A DNA stretch of 56,981 nt from an uncultured Candidatus Saccharibacteria bacterium. Lineage in GTDB: Bacteria > Patescibacteriota > Minisyncoccia > Phycocordibacterales > UBA2163. The notes under the pieces were generated by a model. The model worked only from the letters and a program-made list of their open reading frames with translations, had not been told where the DNA came from and did not search any database. The stretch is from the NCBI GenBank assembly GCA_964575575.1, contig CAZNQQ010000002.1:1-56981 (forward strand), written 5' to 3'. Positions 25,209 to 34,153 of this stretch are shown here, piece after piece. A program made the position numbers and the translations under genes. Every line of letters starts with the position of its first letter. Within the stretch, counting starts at the first letter, position 1.

Positions 25209-26309
25209 ATGATTCCATATGGACGTCAAAATATCGATAGAAGCGATATTCAAGCTGTATTAAAAACACTCAAGTCAGATTTCCTCACACAAGGACCAAA
25301 AATATTAGAATTTGAAAAAGCGGTGGCAAAATACTGTGGTGTCAAATATGCTGTGGCGGTAAGCAATGGTACAACAGCTCTTCATCTTGCATATCTTACA
25401 GCTGGAATTAAAAATGATGATGAAGTTATAACCTCCCCAAATACATTCGTCGCTACTACAAATATGCTGATTGCCATCGGAGCTAAACCTGTATTTTGTG
25501 ATATAAGAACAGATACATACAACATTGACGAGAAAAAGATAGAAAAACTTATAACCAATAAAACAAAAGCGATTGCTCCTATACATTTTGCCGGTCACCC
25601 ATGCGAAATGGATACTATTAAAAAGATTGCTAAAAAATACAACCTTCTAATCATAGAAGATGCATGTCATGCACTTGGAGCACGATATAAAAACAAGAAA
25701 GTCGGTGGTATTAGCGATATGACAATATTTAGTTTTCACCCAGTGAAACCTATTACCACAGGTGAAGGCGGTATGATAGTTACTGATAACAAAAAATATT
25801 ATGAAAAACTTTTATCATTACGAAGTCACGGCATACATAAAGATAAAAAAGGTAAAAATGTAATGACAGAACTTGGCTATAATTATAGGATAACAGACAT
25901 ACAAGCAGCACTTGGAGAAAACCAACTAAAACGATTAGATAATTTTATTAAAAAACGACATCAAGTAGTAGGTTGGTACAATAAAGAACTATCTATCATT
26001 AAAGATATTATCTTGCCAGAAGAATTAAATGGTGTTTATTCTGGATGGCATTTGTATATTGTACGAACAAAAAGACCAATGGATCGCGACAAACTGGCTG
26101 AATATTTGAAACAAAACAAGATTGGAGTGAACTTTCACTACCCCGCTGTATATTCACATCCGTATTATAGAGAAAACGGATATAAGAACACAAAATTAGA
26201 AAACACAGAACTGTACCAAAACACATGTATTACACTACCGCTTCATGCAAAACTTACAAAAAAAGATGTTGTATATATAAGTAATAAGATAAAAGAATTT
26301 TATGAATAA
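25209..26309 (+). CDS. pseC: DegT/DnrJ/EryC1-family PLP aminotransferase, PseC type
   Basis: 366 aa. Shows MIPYGRQNIDRSDIQAVLKTLKSDFLTQGP and SFHPVKPITTGEGG (PLP Lys). Confidence 0.85.
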   Translation: MIPYGRQNIDRSDIQAVLKTLKSDFLTQGPKILEFEKAVAKYCGVKYAVAVSNGTTALHLAYLTAGIKNDDEVITSPNTFVATTNMLIAIGAKPVFCDIRTDTYNIDEKKIEKLITNKTKAIAPIHFAGHPCEMDTIKKIAKKYNLLIIEDACHALGARYKNKKVGGISDMTIFSFHPVKPITTGEGGMIVTDNKKYYEKLLSLRSHGIHKDKKGKNVMTELGYNYRITDIQAALGENQLKRLDNFIKKRHQVVGWYNKELSIIKDIILPEELNGVYSGWHLYIVRTKRPMDRDKLAEYLKQNKIGVNFHYPAVYSHPYYRENGYKNTKLENTELYQNTCITLPLHAKLTKKDVVYISNKIKEFYE

Positions 26310-27054
26310 AGTATTATGCATAGTACAAGCAAGAATGGAGTCAACACGGTTACCGGGTAAAATACTAAAGAAAGTTAAAGGTATTCCTCTTCTTGAACAT
26401 GAAATAAATCGTCTACAAAAAACAAAATTAATTGATAAAATCGTTGTTGCAACAACAGACCAACCAGAAGATGACGTCACAGAAAATCTATGTAAAGAAA
26501 TAGGTATTGACTGTTTCAGAGGAGACGAGAAAAACGTACTCAACCGTTACTATGAGTGCGCACAAAATTATCCAGAGTATAATGCAATTGTACGTATTAC
26601 TGGAGATTGCCCGTTGGTAGATGAAAAAGTAGTTGATGAAGTAATTGGTTTTTTCAATGACAGTGAATACGAGTATGCGAGCAATATAGAATTTGGAAAG
26701 CATGGATATCCAGACGGTATAAACGCTGAAATATTTACAAAAGAAGCATTAGAAAGAACAAGTAAAGATGTGAAATTAGAATCAGAGAAAGAGCATGTTA
26801 CACTACACATGAGAAATAATCCATCCTTATTTAAAAGTGGACATATATCACTTGATGAAGATTTGTCACATTACCGACTTACAGTAGATAACCCAGAAGA
26901 TCTTGAGGTAATAAGGTTTTTAATAGAAACAATCGGAACAGATGCTGGTTATAAAACATACATAGAAACACTGAATAAAAACCCAGATATACTTAATAAG
27001 AATTCACACCTTAAAAGATATGAGGGGTTGAAAAAATCAATCAAAAATGACTAA
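26302..27054 (+). CDS. SpsF-type cytidylyltransferase (COG1861)
   Basis: 250 aa. Shows IVQARMESTRLPGKILK, RITGDCPLVD, EHVTLHMRNNP and YRLTVDNPEDLEV, closely resembling Bacillus SpsF. Overlaps pseC by 8 nt and pseI by 8 nt. Confidence 0.75.
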   Translation: MNKVLCIVQARMESTRLPGKILKKVKGIPLLEHEINRLQKTKLIDKIVVATTDQPEDDVTENLCKEIGIDCFRGDEKNVLNRYYECAQNYPEYNAIVRITGDCPLVDEKVVDEVIGFFNDSEYEYASNIEFGKHGYPDGINAEIFTKEALERTSKDVKLESEKEHVTLHMRNNPSLFKSGHISLDEDLSHYRLTVDNPEDLEVIRFLIETIGTDAGYKTYIETLNKNPDILNKNSHLKRYEGLKKSIKND

Positions 27055-28171
27055 AGAAATCAAAATTGGAAATAAGAAAATTGGCAATAATCAGCCCGCA
27101 TTTATCATTGCTGAGCTTTCTGGGAATCATCATCAAAATTATGATGAAGCTGTTGAGCTTATTAAAAAAGCCGCAGATAGCGGAGCAGATGCAATAAAGA
27201 TTCAGACATATACAGCCGACACACTTACACTTAATTCAAAGAACAAATGGTTCATAGTTGGAGGTAAAGACCAACCAGACATATGGAAAAATCAATCCAT
27301 TCATGATCTTTACAAAACTGCTTACACACCTTGGGAGTGGCAAGCAAAATTAAAAAAAGTTACAGAAGATCTTGGTATGCTTTTCTTCTCTACCCCATTT
27401 GACGATACTGCTGTAGATTTCTTAGAAGATATGGGAGTGCTCTTCTATAAGATAGCATCGTACGAAGCAGTTCATATTCCACTTTTGAAAAAAGTCGCCC
27501 AAACTGGAAAGCCGGTGATTATGTCTGTTGGGTTTGCAACACTTCCAGAAGTAGAACTCGCCGTTAAAACACTTAAAGAAAATGGTTCTGGAGAGATTGT
27601 AGTGCTTCATTGTGTTACAGAATATTCTGACAATGCACGCCTGCAATATATGAATCTTAAAACAATTAGGGACATAGCAGAGCGCTTTGACGTACTGAGT
27701 GGCTTCTCTGACAACAATGCCGGTATTCAGGTGCCCACTATAGCTACAACAGTTGCTGGTGGATCTGTTGTTGAAAAACATCTGACACTGCGACGCGAAG
27801 ATGGCGGACCAGATGCAAGGTTTTCAATTGAGCCAAAAGAGTTCAAACAAATGGTAGCTGATATCAGAAAGATTGAAAAAGATTCTTCTGCAATTAATGA
27901 GGTTGCATCAAAAGAAGAGATTGAAACAATGATGGGCAATACCCATTACGGTCCAGCTAGTGAAAAAGAGGAGGAGAATACATTGTTTCGTCCATCAATA
28001 TGGGTAAAAAAATCAATCAGGAAGGGGGAAATATTATCAATAGATAATATACGTGTAGCACGTCCAAAGCATGGACTCGCTCCAAAACATTTTGATAAGG
28101 TGTTAGGGAAAAAAGCAAAAGAAGATATTCCAGAAGCAACTCCGCTATCATGGGATGTTATAGAAAATTAA
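27047..28171 (+). CDS. pseI: Pseudaminic acid synthase (NeuB family with SAF domain)
   Basis: 374 aa. Shows PAFIIAELSGNHHQNYDEAVELIKKAADSGADAIKIQTYTADTLT and FSDNNAG. The C-terminal SAF block is GEILSIDNIRVARP. Confidence 0.85.
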   Translation: MTKEIKIGNKKIGNNQPAFIIAELSGNHHQNYDEAVELIKKAADSGADAIKIQTYTADTLTLNSKNKWFIVGGKDQPDIWKNQSIHDLYKTAYTPWEWQAKLKKVTEDLGMLFFSTPFDDTAVDFLEDMGVLFYKIASYEAVHIPLLKKVAQTGKPVIMSVGFATLPEVELAVKTLKENGSGEIVVLHCVTEYSDNARLQYMNLKTIRDIAERFDVLSGFSDNNAGIQVPTIATTVAGGSVVEKHLTLRREDGGPDARFSIEPKEFKQMVADIRKIEKDSSAINEVASKEEIETMMGNTHYGPASEKEEENTLFRPSIWVKKSIRKGEILSIDNIRVARPKHGLAPKHFDKVLGKKAKEDIPEATPLSWDVIEN

Positions 28172-28316
28172 TCTTAATTTTATTATAGAAGAGATTCTCA
28201 ATTCATTAGAGAGTTTCTTTTTTTTAATTTTTATAAATGAAACTTTTATACCCTGTACACCGTTATACTGCGTAGATAGTAATTGTTAATAATTAATACA
28301 ATAGGAGGAACAAGAT

Positions 28317-28904
28317 ATGAAAATCCTTTTTTTAGGGGCAAAAAAAGATAAATATAATAAGCTGCTCAAATATCTTCAACACAGGGAAAATGAGGTAATG
28401 TCAACAGAAGAACCGATAAATCTAGATTTTCTTAAAAAACATAATCCAGATTTTATAGTAAGCTACGGATACCGTCACATCATCAAAAAAGATATTCTTG
28501 ATGAATACGAAGGACGTGCAGTAAATCTTCACATATCGTACTTGCCGTGGAACAAGGGAGCAGAACCATGCTTTTGGAGTTTGATTGAAAACACTCCACG
28601 AGGCGTAACTATTCATTATCTTGACGAAGGTGTAGACACTGGTGATATAATCGCCCAAGAAATAGTTGAATTTTCATCAGAAGAAGATACTCTGCAAACA
28701 AGTTACGAAAAGTTACACGAAGCAATCAGAATACTGTTCATGGAAAACTGGAGCTGCATAAGGACAAGTACTTGCAAGAGAGAAAAGCAGGTTGAAATAG
28801 GGACATTTCACAAACTTAAAGAAAAAGAAGTTCTGGAACACTTATTAACAAATGGTAAAGACACACCAATACGTGTATTAGAAAAGTACAATATTGACGA
28901 TTGA
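28317..28904 (+). CDS. Formyltransferase (Formyl_trans_N domain only)
   Basis: 195 aa. Shows DFIVSYGYRHIIKKDIL, AVNLHISYLPWNKG and HYLDEGVDTGDIIAQ. A strong SD (aggagga) lies 7 nt upstream. Confidence 0.8.
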   Translation: MKILFLGAKKDKYNKLLKYLQHRENEVMSTEEPINLDFLKKHNPDFIVSYGYRHIIKKDILDEYEGRAVNLHISYLPWNKGAEPCFWSLIENTPRGVTIHYLDEGVDTGDIIAQEIVEFSSEEDTLQTSYEKLHEAIRILFMENWSCIRTSTCKREKQVEIGTFHKLKEKEVLEHLLTNGKDTPIRVLEKYNIDD

Positions 28905-28910
28905 AGAAAT

Positions 28911-28946
28911 AACTCCCTTTATTCTGAAGAACAGATAAAGGGAGTT
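28911..28946 (+). terminator. Hairpin after the formyltransferase gene (weak T-tract)
   Basis: 11-bp stem aactcccttta/taaagggagtt with a 14-nt loop, followed by taattt. Confidence 0.4.
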
Positions 28947-28973
28947 TAATTTAAAAATCTATAGGTAGTCAGA

Positions 28974-28982
28974 TGTTATAAT
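28974..28982 (+). promoter_or_regulatory. Extended -10 element TGtTATAAT, 8 nt upstream of the ATG at 28991 (leaderless candidate)
   Basis: Exact TGnTATAAT. No SD lies between it and the start codon. Confidence 0.4.
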
Positions 28983-28990
28983 TAAACCAT

Positions 28991-30379
28991 ATGAATAAAC
29001 AAACTAATTGGATATTTTTTGACTTGGATGGAACTCTCCTGGATAATTTCGACACTCTATATGAAGCTTATATAGACTTTTTGAGTGAGTTCAATATAAA
29101 AAGCAATAGAAAAGAATTTAACAAATTAAATGGTCCGTCAATTCCAGAAATAGTGTGTATTCTAAAGGATAAATACAAACTAAATGGTGATGAAAACAAT
29201 TTGATTCAAATATACTTGAATCAAATTGATAACGTATATAAAAACAACATAAAACCTGTAGCCAATGCTAATTATATTCTTGAAAAATTAAGTAAAAACT
29301 ATAAGTTAGCGTTAGTTACTTCATCGAGTCATAAAATCGCATTTGAACTTATTAAACAGCAAGGATGGGGAAAATATTTTCAAGATTATGTTTTTGGAGA
29401 TGAAGTTAAATATTCAAAACCAAATCCGCAAATATATGAATTAGCACTTAAAAGAACAGCTGCAGTTCCTGACGAAGCAATAGTTGTGGAAGACTCAATT
29501 AATGGTATAAAATCCGCAAAACAAGCAAAAATCTTTACTGTGGGATTTGCAAATAATCAGCCTGAAGAAAAGTTATTCAAAGCAGGTGCTGATAAAACAA
29601 TCACAAAACTAAAAGATATTGTGGCTATTTTAGAAAATAAAAATAACCATGAAATAATAGTTACTGGAGATATTCATTTAAAAGAAGTTAGAAATAATCT
29701 ACAAACAGAAAAATTAATAGATAAAAATAAAGATCTTATAAAAAATACATGGGAGGATGCTTTAAAAAATAAAAAAATGTTTAATGGGAAGCTTTTGAAT
29801 TTTTGTGAAATCAATAAAAATGAAAATCAAATAAATATCAGTGGAAATTTTATAGAGTATAAAAACTTTTTTGCGCAATTACACAAAGATATAAATCTAA
29901 ATATCAAACCAGTTGGAGTAAGTGGTATTACTCTAATAAAAGAAACAGATACTGAATATCTAATTTTTGCAAAAAGAGCCAACGACGTGACACAATACCC
30001 AAACTTTTTTGAATTAGTACCATCTGGCAGTATTGATGAAGAGTGTATAGATGCAAACGGAAATATAAATTATAAATCTAAATTATTGTCTGAATTTATA
30101 GAGGAAACCGGTTTGTCAAAAGAGCTGGTAAAAGATATTTCAAGTTTCACCTTAATTCTAGACAAAAACCACGGTGTCTATGATATTGGTTGTAAAATCA
30201 TACTTAATACTAAAATAGAGATTGTTGAGGAAAAATTTAAAAATTCTAAAGAATACAATAATCCAGCATTCGTAGCTATAAACGAACTAGATGATTTTGT
30301 TAAGAAGCATTCAGATTCAATTGTACCAACCTCTATAGCACTGATTGAAGCCTATAAACGCGGTGTCACTTATCAATAG
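28991..30379 (+). CDS. Fusion protein: N-terminal HAD-superfamily phosphatase (beta-PGM-like) and C-terminal Nudix-like domain
   Basis: 462 aa. HAD motifs IFFDLDGTLLDN, LVTSSS and VVEDSINGIKSAKQA. The C-terminal GSIDEE-x16-LLSEFIEETGL approximates the Nudix box Gx5Ex7REUxEExGU, with Ser replacing Arg. Confidence 0.65.
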   Translation: MNKQTNWIFFDLDGTLLDNFDTLYEAYIDFLSEFNIKSNRKEFNKLNGPSIPEIVCILKDKYKLNGDENNLIQIYLNQIDNVYKNNIKPVANANYILEKLSKNYKLALVTSSSHKIAFELIKQQGWGKYFQDYVFGDEVKYSKPNPQIYELALKRTAAVPDEAIVVEDSINGIKSAKQAKIFTVGFANNQPEEKLFKAGADKTITKLKDIVAILENKNNHEIIVTGDIHLKEVRNNLQTEKLIDKNKDLIKNTWEDALKNKKMFNGKLLNFCEINKNENQINISGNFIEYKNFFAQLHKDINLNIKPVGVSGITLIKETDTEYLIFAKRANDVTQYPNFFELVPSGSIDEECIDANGNINYKSKLLSEFIEETGLSKELVKDISSFTLILDKNHGVYDIGCKIILNTKIEIVEEKFKNSKEYNNPAFVAINELDDFVKKHSDSIVPTSIALIEAYKRGVTYQ

Positions 30380-30425
30380 CTATATGGGTTATATCTAGAA
30401 TCAGGCAATAAAGGACTTATTAGCA

Positions 30426-30434
30426 TGCTATAAT
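30426..30434 (+). promoter_or_regulatory. Extended -10 element TGcTATAAT upstream of the CBS-dehydrogenase gene
   Basis: Exact TGnTATAAT in the 136-nt gap before the ATG at 30516. Confidence 0.35.
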
Positions 30435-30515
30435 AACGATACTTTATATATTAATAAGCAATAAAAACTGACATAAACACAATAAATACTATTGTGTGAA
30501 TTAATTTTACAAAAC

Positions 30516-32225
30516 ATGAAACAAAGAGTTGAAGCAATCCTAATAAAACCAAATATCTCTATAAGAGGTGCTATGCGTGTAATACAACAAGAAACACACA
30601 AAGCACCTGACACTCCTGGCAATATAGCTCTGGCGGTTGATAAAGATGGCAAACTAATCGGCATAGTAACTGATGGCGACATAAGACGCGCTATTCTTGG
30701 TGGTATAGATATAGACGATTGCGTAGATAAAATCATTAACACAAATCCGGCTACATTTCATAAAAACACTACGACAGAAGAAATCCTTGAACAAACGATT
30801 GATATTGTCAAAGAAAGAAAAACTGCAAACAGCCGGCTTGATGTAATAATCACAGTTGATGATGATAACAAGCCACATGATGTCTTTCCTTTTTTTGAAT
30901 TATGGAAAAGAGGTGAAATAAAAACCAGAGTAGTTTCAATAGTAGGTCTTGGCTATGTTGGACTTACACTCGGACTTACGCTTGCTGATCTTGGTTTTAA
31001 AGTAATAGGAGTAGACAGTAACAAAAAAGTGGTAAAACAATTAAAAAATAAAAAAAGTCATATACATGAACGCGGGATAGAGACACTGTTAAATATGCAC
31101 TTGAACAAAAATTTCTTTATCCAAGACAAATTTGAAAATAACGACAGCGACGTTTATGTTATCTGCGTTGGCACACCAGTCAATGAACAAGGAAGAGTAA
31201 ACACCGAAGCACTTAAAAATGCATTGCAGTATATTACAAACACTATCAAAAAAGATGATTTGGTAGTACTGCGTTCCACTATACCAGTTGGTTCATGTCG
31301 TGACATTGTAGTGCCGTTTATAGAGAAAAAAACCAACATGAAAATCGGTGAAGATTTTCATGTTGGTTTTGCACCTGAAAGAACCATTGAGGGTGACGCT
31401 CTCAACGAACTAAGAACACTACCACAAGTTATCGGTGGATATGACAAAAAGAGTACCGAGCTCACTGTAAAACTATTCAAACATCTTACAGACTCGATTG
31501 TTCTTGTAGACAACATTGAAGATGCCGAGATGGTAAAACTTATAAATAACACGTACCGTGATTTTACATTTTCATTTGCAAATGAAATGGCGCTTATATG
31601 CGACAAATTTAATCTGGACAGTCATAAAGTAATAAACGCCGCAAACTATGGGTATGCTCGATCTTTAGTACCAAAACCAAGCCCTGGTGTTGGAGGATAT
31701 TGTCTTACAAAAGACCCATATATACTTGTCGATTCTGTAAGAAAAAAAGGGTACGATGCAAAATTACCACTACTTGCAAGGAATATAAATGATAAAATGC
31801 TCGACCATGTATGCGAAAAAGTTGATACTTTTGCAAAAAAACAAAAACTAACAAAATCAAAGATTAAGATCTTTGCAATAGGTCTAGCGTTTAAAGGTGA
31901 ACCAGAAACATCTGACATCAGAGGATCTACATCAATGACAATAATAAATAAACTTAAGAAAAAATATAAAAACATTGTTGTATACGATCCTGTTATTAAA
32001 AAAGGTGAAATAAAAAAATTAGGTCTAACTCACAACACACTGAACCAAGGCTTTAAAGATGCCGACTGTGTTCTTGTATTAAACAATCACAAATCATATA
32101 AAGATTTGGATATATATAAACTTCTATCAACTATGAATAAATCTGGTATGTTCTTTGATGCGTGGCACTTATTTGACAAAACCGCTATTGAACAAATAAA
32201 TAATATTGATTACCAAAGCATTTAA
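30516..32225 (+). CDS. CBS-domain pair fused to a UDP-glucose/GDP-mannose dehydrogenase-family enzyme (UDP-ManNAc/GlcNAc dehydrogenase-like)
   Basis: ORF track begins at the TTG at 30492; the ATG at 30516 (MKQRVEAIL) is preferred. N-terminal CBS-like segment: GIVTDGDIRRAIL. This is followed by IVGLGYVGLTLGLTLADLGFKVIGVD, FAPERTIEG, the catalytic GVGGYCLTKD and GLAFKG. Confidence 0.8.
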   Translation: MKQRVEAILIKPNISIRGAMRVIQQETHKAPDTPGNIALAVDKDGKLIGIVTDGDIRRAILGGIDIDDCVDKIINTNPATFHKNTTTEEILEQTIDIVKERKTANSRLDVIITVDDDNKPHDVFPFFELWKRGEIKTRVVSIVGLGYVGLTLGLTLADLGFKVIGVDSNKKVVKQLKNKKSHIHERGIETLLNMHLNKNFFIQDKFENNDSDVYVICVGTPVNEQGRVNTEALKNALQYITNTIKKDDLVVLRSTIPVGSCRDIVVPFIEKKTNMKIGEDFHVGFAPERTIEGDALNELRTLPQVIGGYDKKSTELTVKLFKHLTDSIVLVDNIEDAEMVKLINNTYRDFTFSFANEMALICDKFNLDSHKVINAANYGYARSLVPKPSPGVGGYCLTKDPYILVDSVRKKGYDAKLPLLARNINDKMLDHVCEKVDTFAKKQKLTKSKIKIFAIGLAFKGEPETSDIRGSTSMTIINKLKKKYKNIVVYDPVIKKGEIKKLGLTHNTLNQGFKDADCVLVLNNHKSYKDLDIYKLLSTMNKSGMFFDAWHLFDKTAIEQINNIDYQSI

Positions 32226-32231
32226 AGCAAG

Positions 32232-32996
32232 ATGAATAGGTTAAAAACAAGTAAAGGTCTTAAGACTCTATATAATAAAGTTTACAAAAAAGGAAAAGAT
32301 GATTTTTTTTCTTTTAATACAGACTATATAACCAAAGAAATAATAAAATCCGTAAACTTTAAAAATAAAAAGGTTCTAGAAATTGGCTGTGGAGTTGGTG
32401 ACACTGCACTTGCGATAGTAAAAAAAGGAGGTAATGTGCTTGCAACCGATTTCTCAAAAGAAGCTGTAGCCATAGCACAGAAAAAAAAGTGCAGTAATTT
32501 AGAATTTAGAACGACTACACATGACAAGATAAAAGACGAATTTGACATTATAGTACTTCAAGAAGTTATTGAACATATGGATAAACCATTACAAGATTTG
32601 CGTAAACTAAAAAAGAAACTGAAGCGAAATGGAAAGATCGTAATAACTTGTCCTTCATTTATGAATATACGGGGATACGTATGGATGACTCTCGTAAAAC
32701 TTTTTGATGTACCAATGTCTCTATCTGATATCAACTTTCTCTACCCTTTTGATTTTGAAGAATATGCAAAAAAATTAGATATGAAACTAAAATGGCATAC
32801 ATTCAATACTGATCTTGGCAACAACAAGAAAATGCTTATAGACATGAAAAAACGCCTAACTAACGCCCTATCTGACGCAAAAATGAAAGCTGATGTAAGA
32901 TCCCTTATGAAATGGCTTGAAAAAGTAAGCGAGTTTGACCATACAAGCCCGATAAGCGGTGCTAAAGGTTTTTATATATTGGAAAAGAAAAAATAA
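32232..32996 (+). CDS. Class I SAM-dependent methyltransferase
   Basis: 254 aa. Shows VLEIGCGVGDTALAIVKKG and DIIVLQEVIEHM. Confidence 0.75.
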   Translation: MNRLKTSKGLKTLYNKVYKKGKDDFFSFNTDYITKEIIKSVNFKNKKVLEIGCGVGDTALAIVKKGGNVLATDFSKEAVAIAQKKKCSNLEFRTTTHDKIKDEFDIIVLQEVIEHMDKPLQDLRKLKKKLKRNGKIVITCPSFMNIRGYVWMTLVKLFDVPMSLSDINFLYPFDFEEYAKKLDMKLKWHTFNTDLGNNKKMLIDMKKRLTNALSDAKMKADVRSLMKWLEKVSEFDHTSPISGAKGFYILEKKK

Positions 32997-34153
32997 TGAA
33001 ATATATTATTCTTAATTTTGCATATGGTTTTGGTCCGCCACTTAGAACTACAGAATTAGCCATTGCGGTTAATGACATGCTCAAAGAAAAGACTGGGGAG
33101 AAATTTGGTATTATAGTCCCGCTTATTTATGGCGATGATCAGAGAAGAATAATGCGTGAATCTTTTTCTGAAACAATACAACAAAATCCAGATGCTATAC
33201 TACTTGATGAGACTTTAGGGAATTATCTGAAGTCTGTTTTTTACGGTGAAAAAAGTTATGAAGAATCATTAAAATTTCTCCTTAAAAATAAGACAAAAGT
33301 TGAAACAACTATAAAAGATTATATCTCAAACGGATTAACTGCTGAAACATTTGATGGAACAACTATCTCTATTGATAAAAAAGATATTGCATTTGAAATA
33401 AATAGAAACCCAAGATTAAATTTTAATATCTACCCGTCGTATTCAGTTAGTTTTGCTTACAATTCAGATATTTTAAAACAAACACTAAAAGAAAATGTAG
33501 GCAATACTGATAAAAAAGTTATAAGAGAAGTCATTCCATTGTTTGAAGAGATTGAAAATGACCAACAACTTTACTTTGTCGCAGATCCTGCAACATTTTC
33601 AAACAAAGGTAAAGAATTTAGAAAAAGTAGAAAAAATGAAGTGTATACTCCACCAACATTACACAAATTAAAAAATACCGATGATAATATCAAAAAAGGT
33701 ATTTACGTAACTGTAACAGGTATACCTGGACTCAATAGACTGTTTGAAGAGGCACGCAATATAGGATTACAAATTTACTCCAACAAGCCAGAATCTGTCG
33801 CTGGAAGCATTAAAGCATCACCGTCAATTATGGCTCATGAAAATATATTGTTACATTTTGCAAGATCTGGGTGGGGATCAGTATGGCTTTCTCAATTTAC
33901 AAAAACACCTTTTATTACACCATCTTACGATAAGGACGATGACCCTGAAATTTATTTCAACAATATTTGTATTGAACAACTTGGCCTAGGGACAATTTAT
34001 AAAAACCAAAATTTAGACGAATTACTAGAAATTAAAGACGTATATGTATCAAATATAGAAAAAATAAATAAGTATCTTATGGATACCTATGGTACTCTTG
34101 ATGGAATAGAGTATACTACTAAAAAGATCGTTAATCACTTTTTAAATATATGA
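32996..34153 (+). CDS. Hypothetical protein, possibly GT-B fold (MurG/PseG-like C-terminal motif)
   Basis: 385 aa. The only recognisable element is LLHFARSGWGSVWLSQFTKTPFITPSY, which resembles the xRxGxxTxxE..PxIxxP block of the GT28/PseG family. Start overlaps the upstream stop (ATGA-type). Confidence 0.35.
   Translation: MKYIILNFAYGFGPPLRTTELAIAVNDMLKEKTGEKFGIIVPLIYGDDQRRIMRESFSETIQQNPDAILLDETLGNYLKSVFYGEKSYEESLKFLLKNKTKVETTIKDYISNGLTAETFDGTTISIDKKDIAFEINRNPRLNFNIYPSYSVSFAYNSDILKQTLKENVGNTDKKVIREVIPLFEEIENDQQLYFVADPATFSNKGKEFRKSRKNEVYTPPTLHKLKNTDDNIKKGIYVTVTGIPGLNRLFEEARNIGLQIYSNKPESVAGSIKASPSIMAHENILLHFARSGWGSVWLSQFTKTPFITPSYDKDDDPEIYFNNICIEQLGLGTIYKNQNLDELLEIKDVYVSNIEKINKYLMDTYGTLDGIEYTTKKIVNHFLNI

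Noticed and set aside
26235-27939. Numerous antisense ORFs of 60-120 aa inside the pse genes, and similar ones throughout the window
   Set aside because: All lie opposite strongly supported CDSs. They have no motifs and show the Leu/Ser/Phe/Ile-rich composition typical of antisense frames in AT-rich coding DNA.
28172-28316. Possible terminator or promoter in the 145-nt gap after pseI
   Set aside because: I could not fold a convincing hairpin: the arms around 28188-28225 are not complementary. I also found no good -35/-10 pair. Only the strong SD of the next gene is clear.
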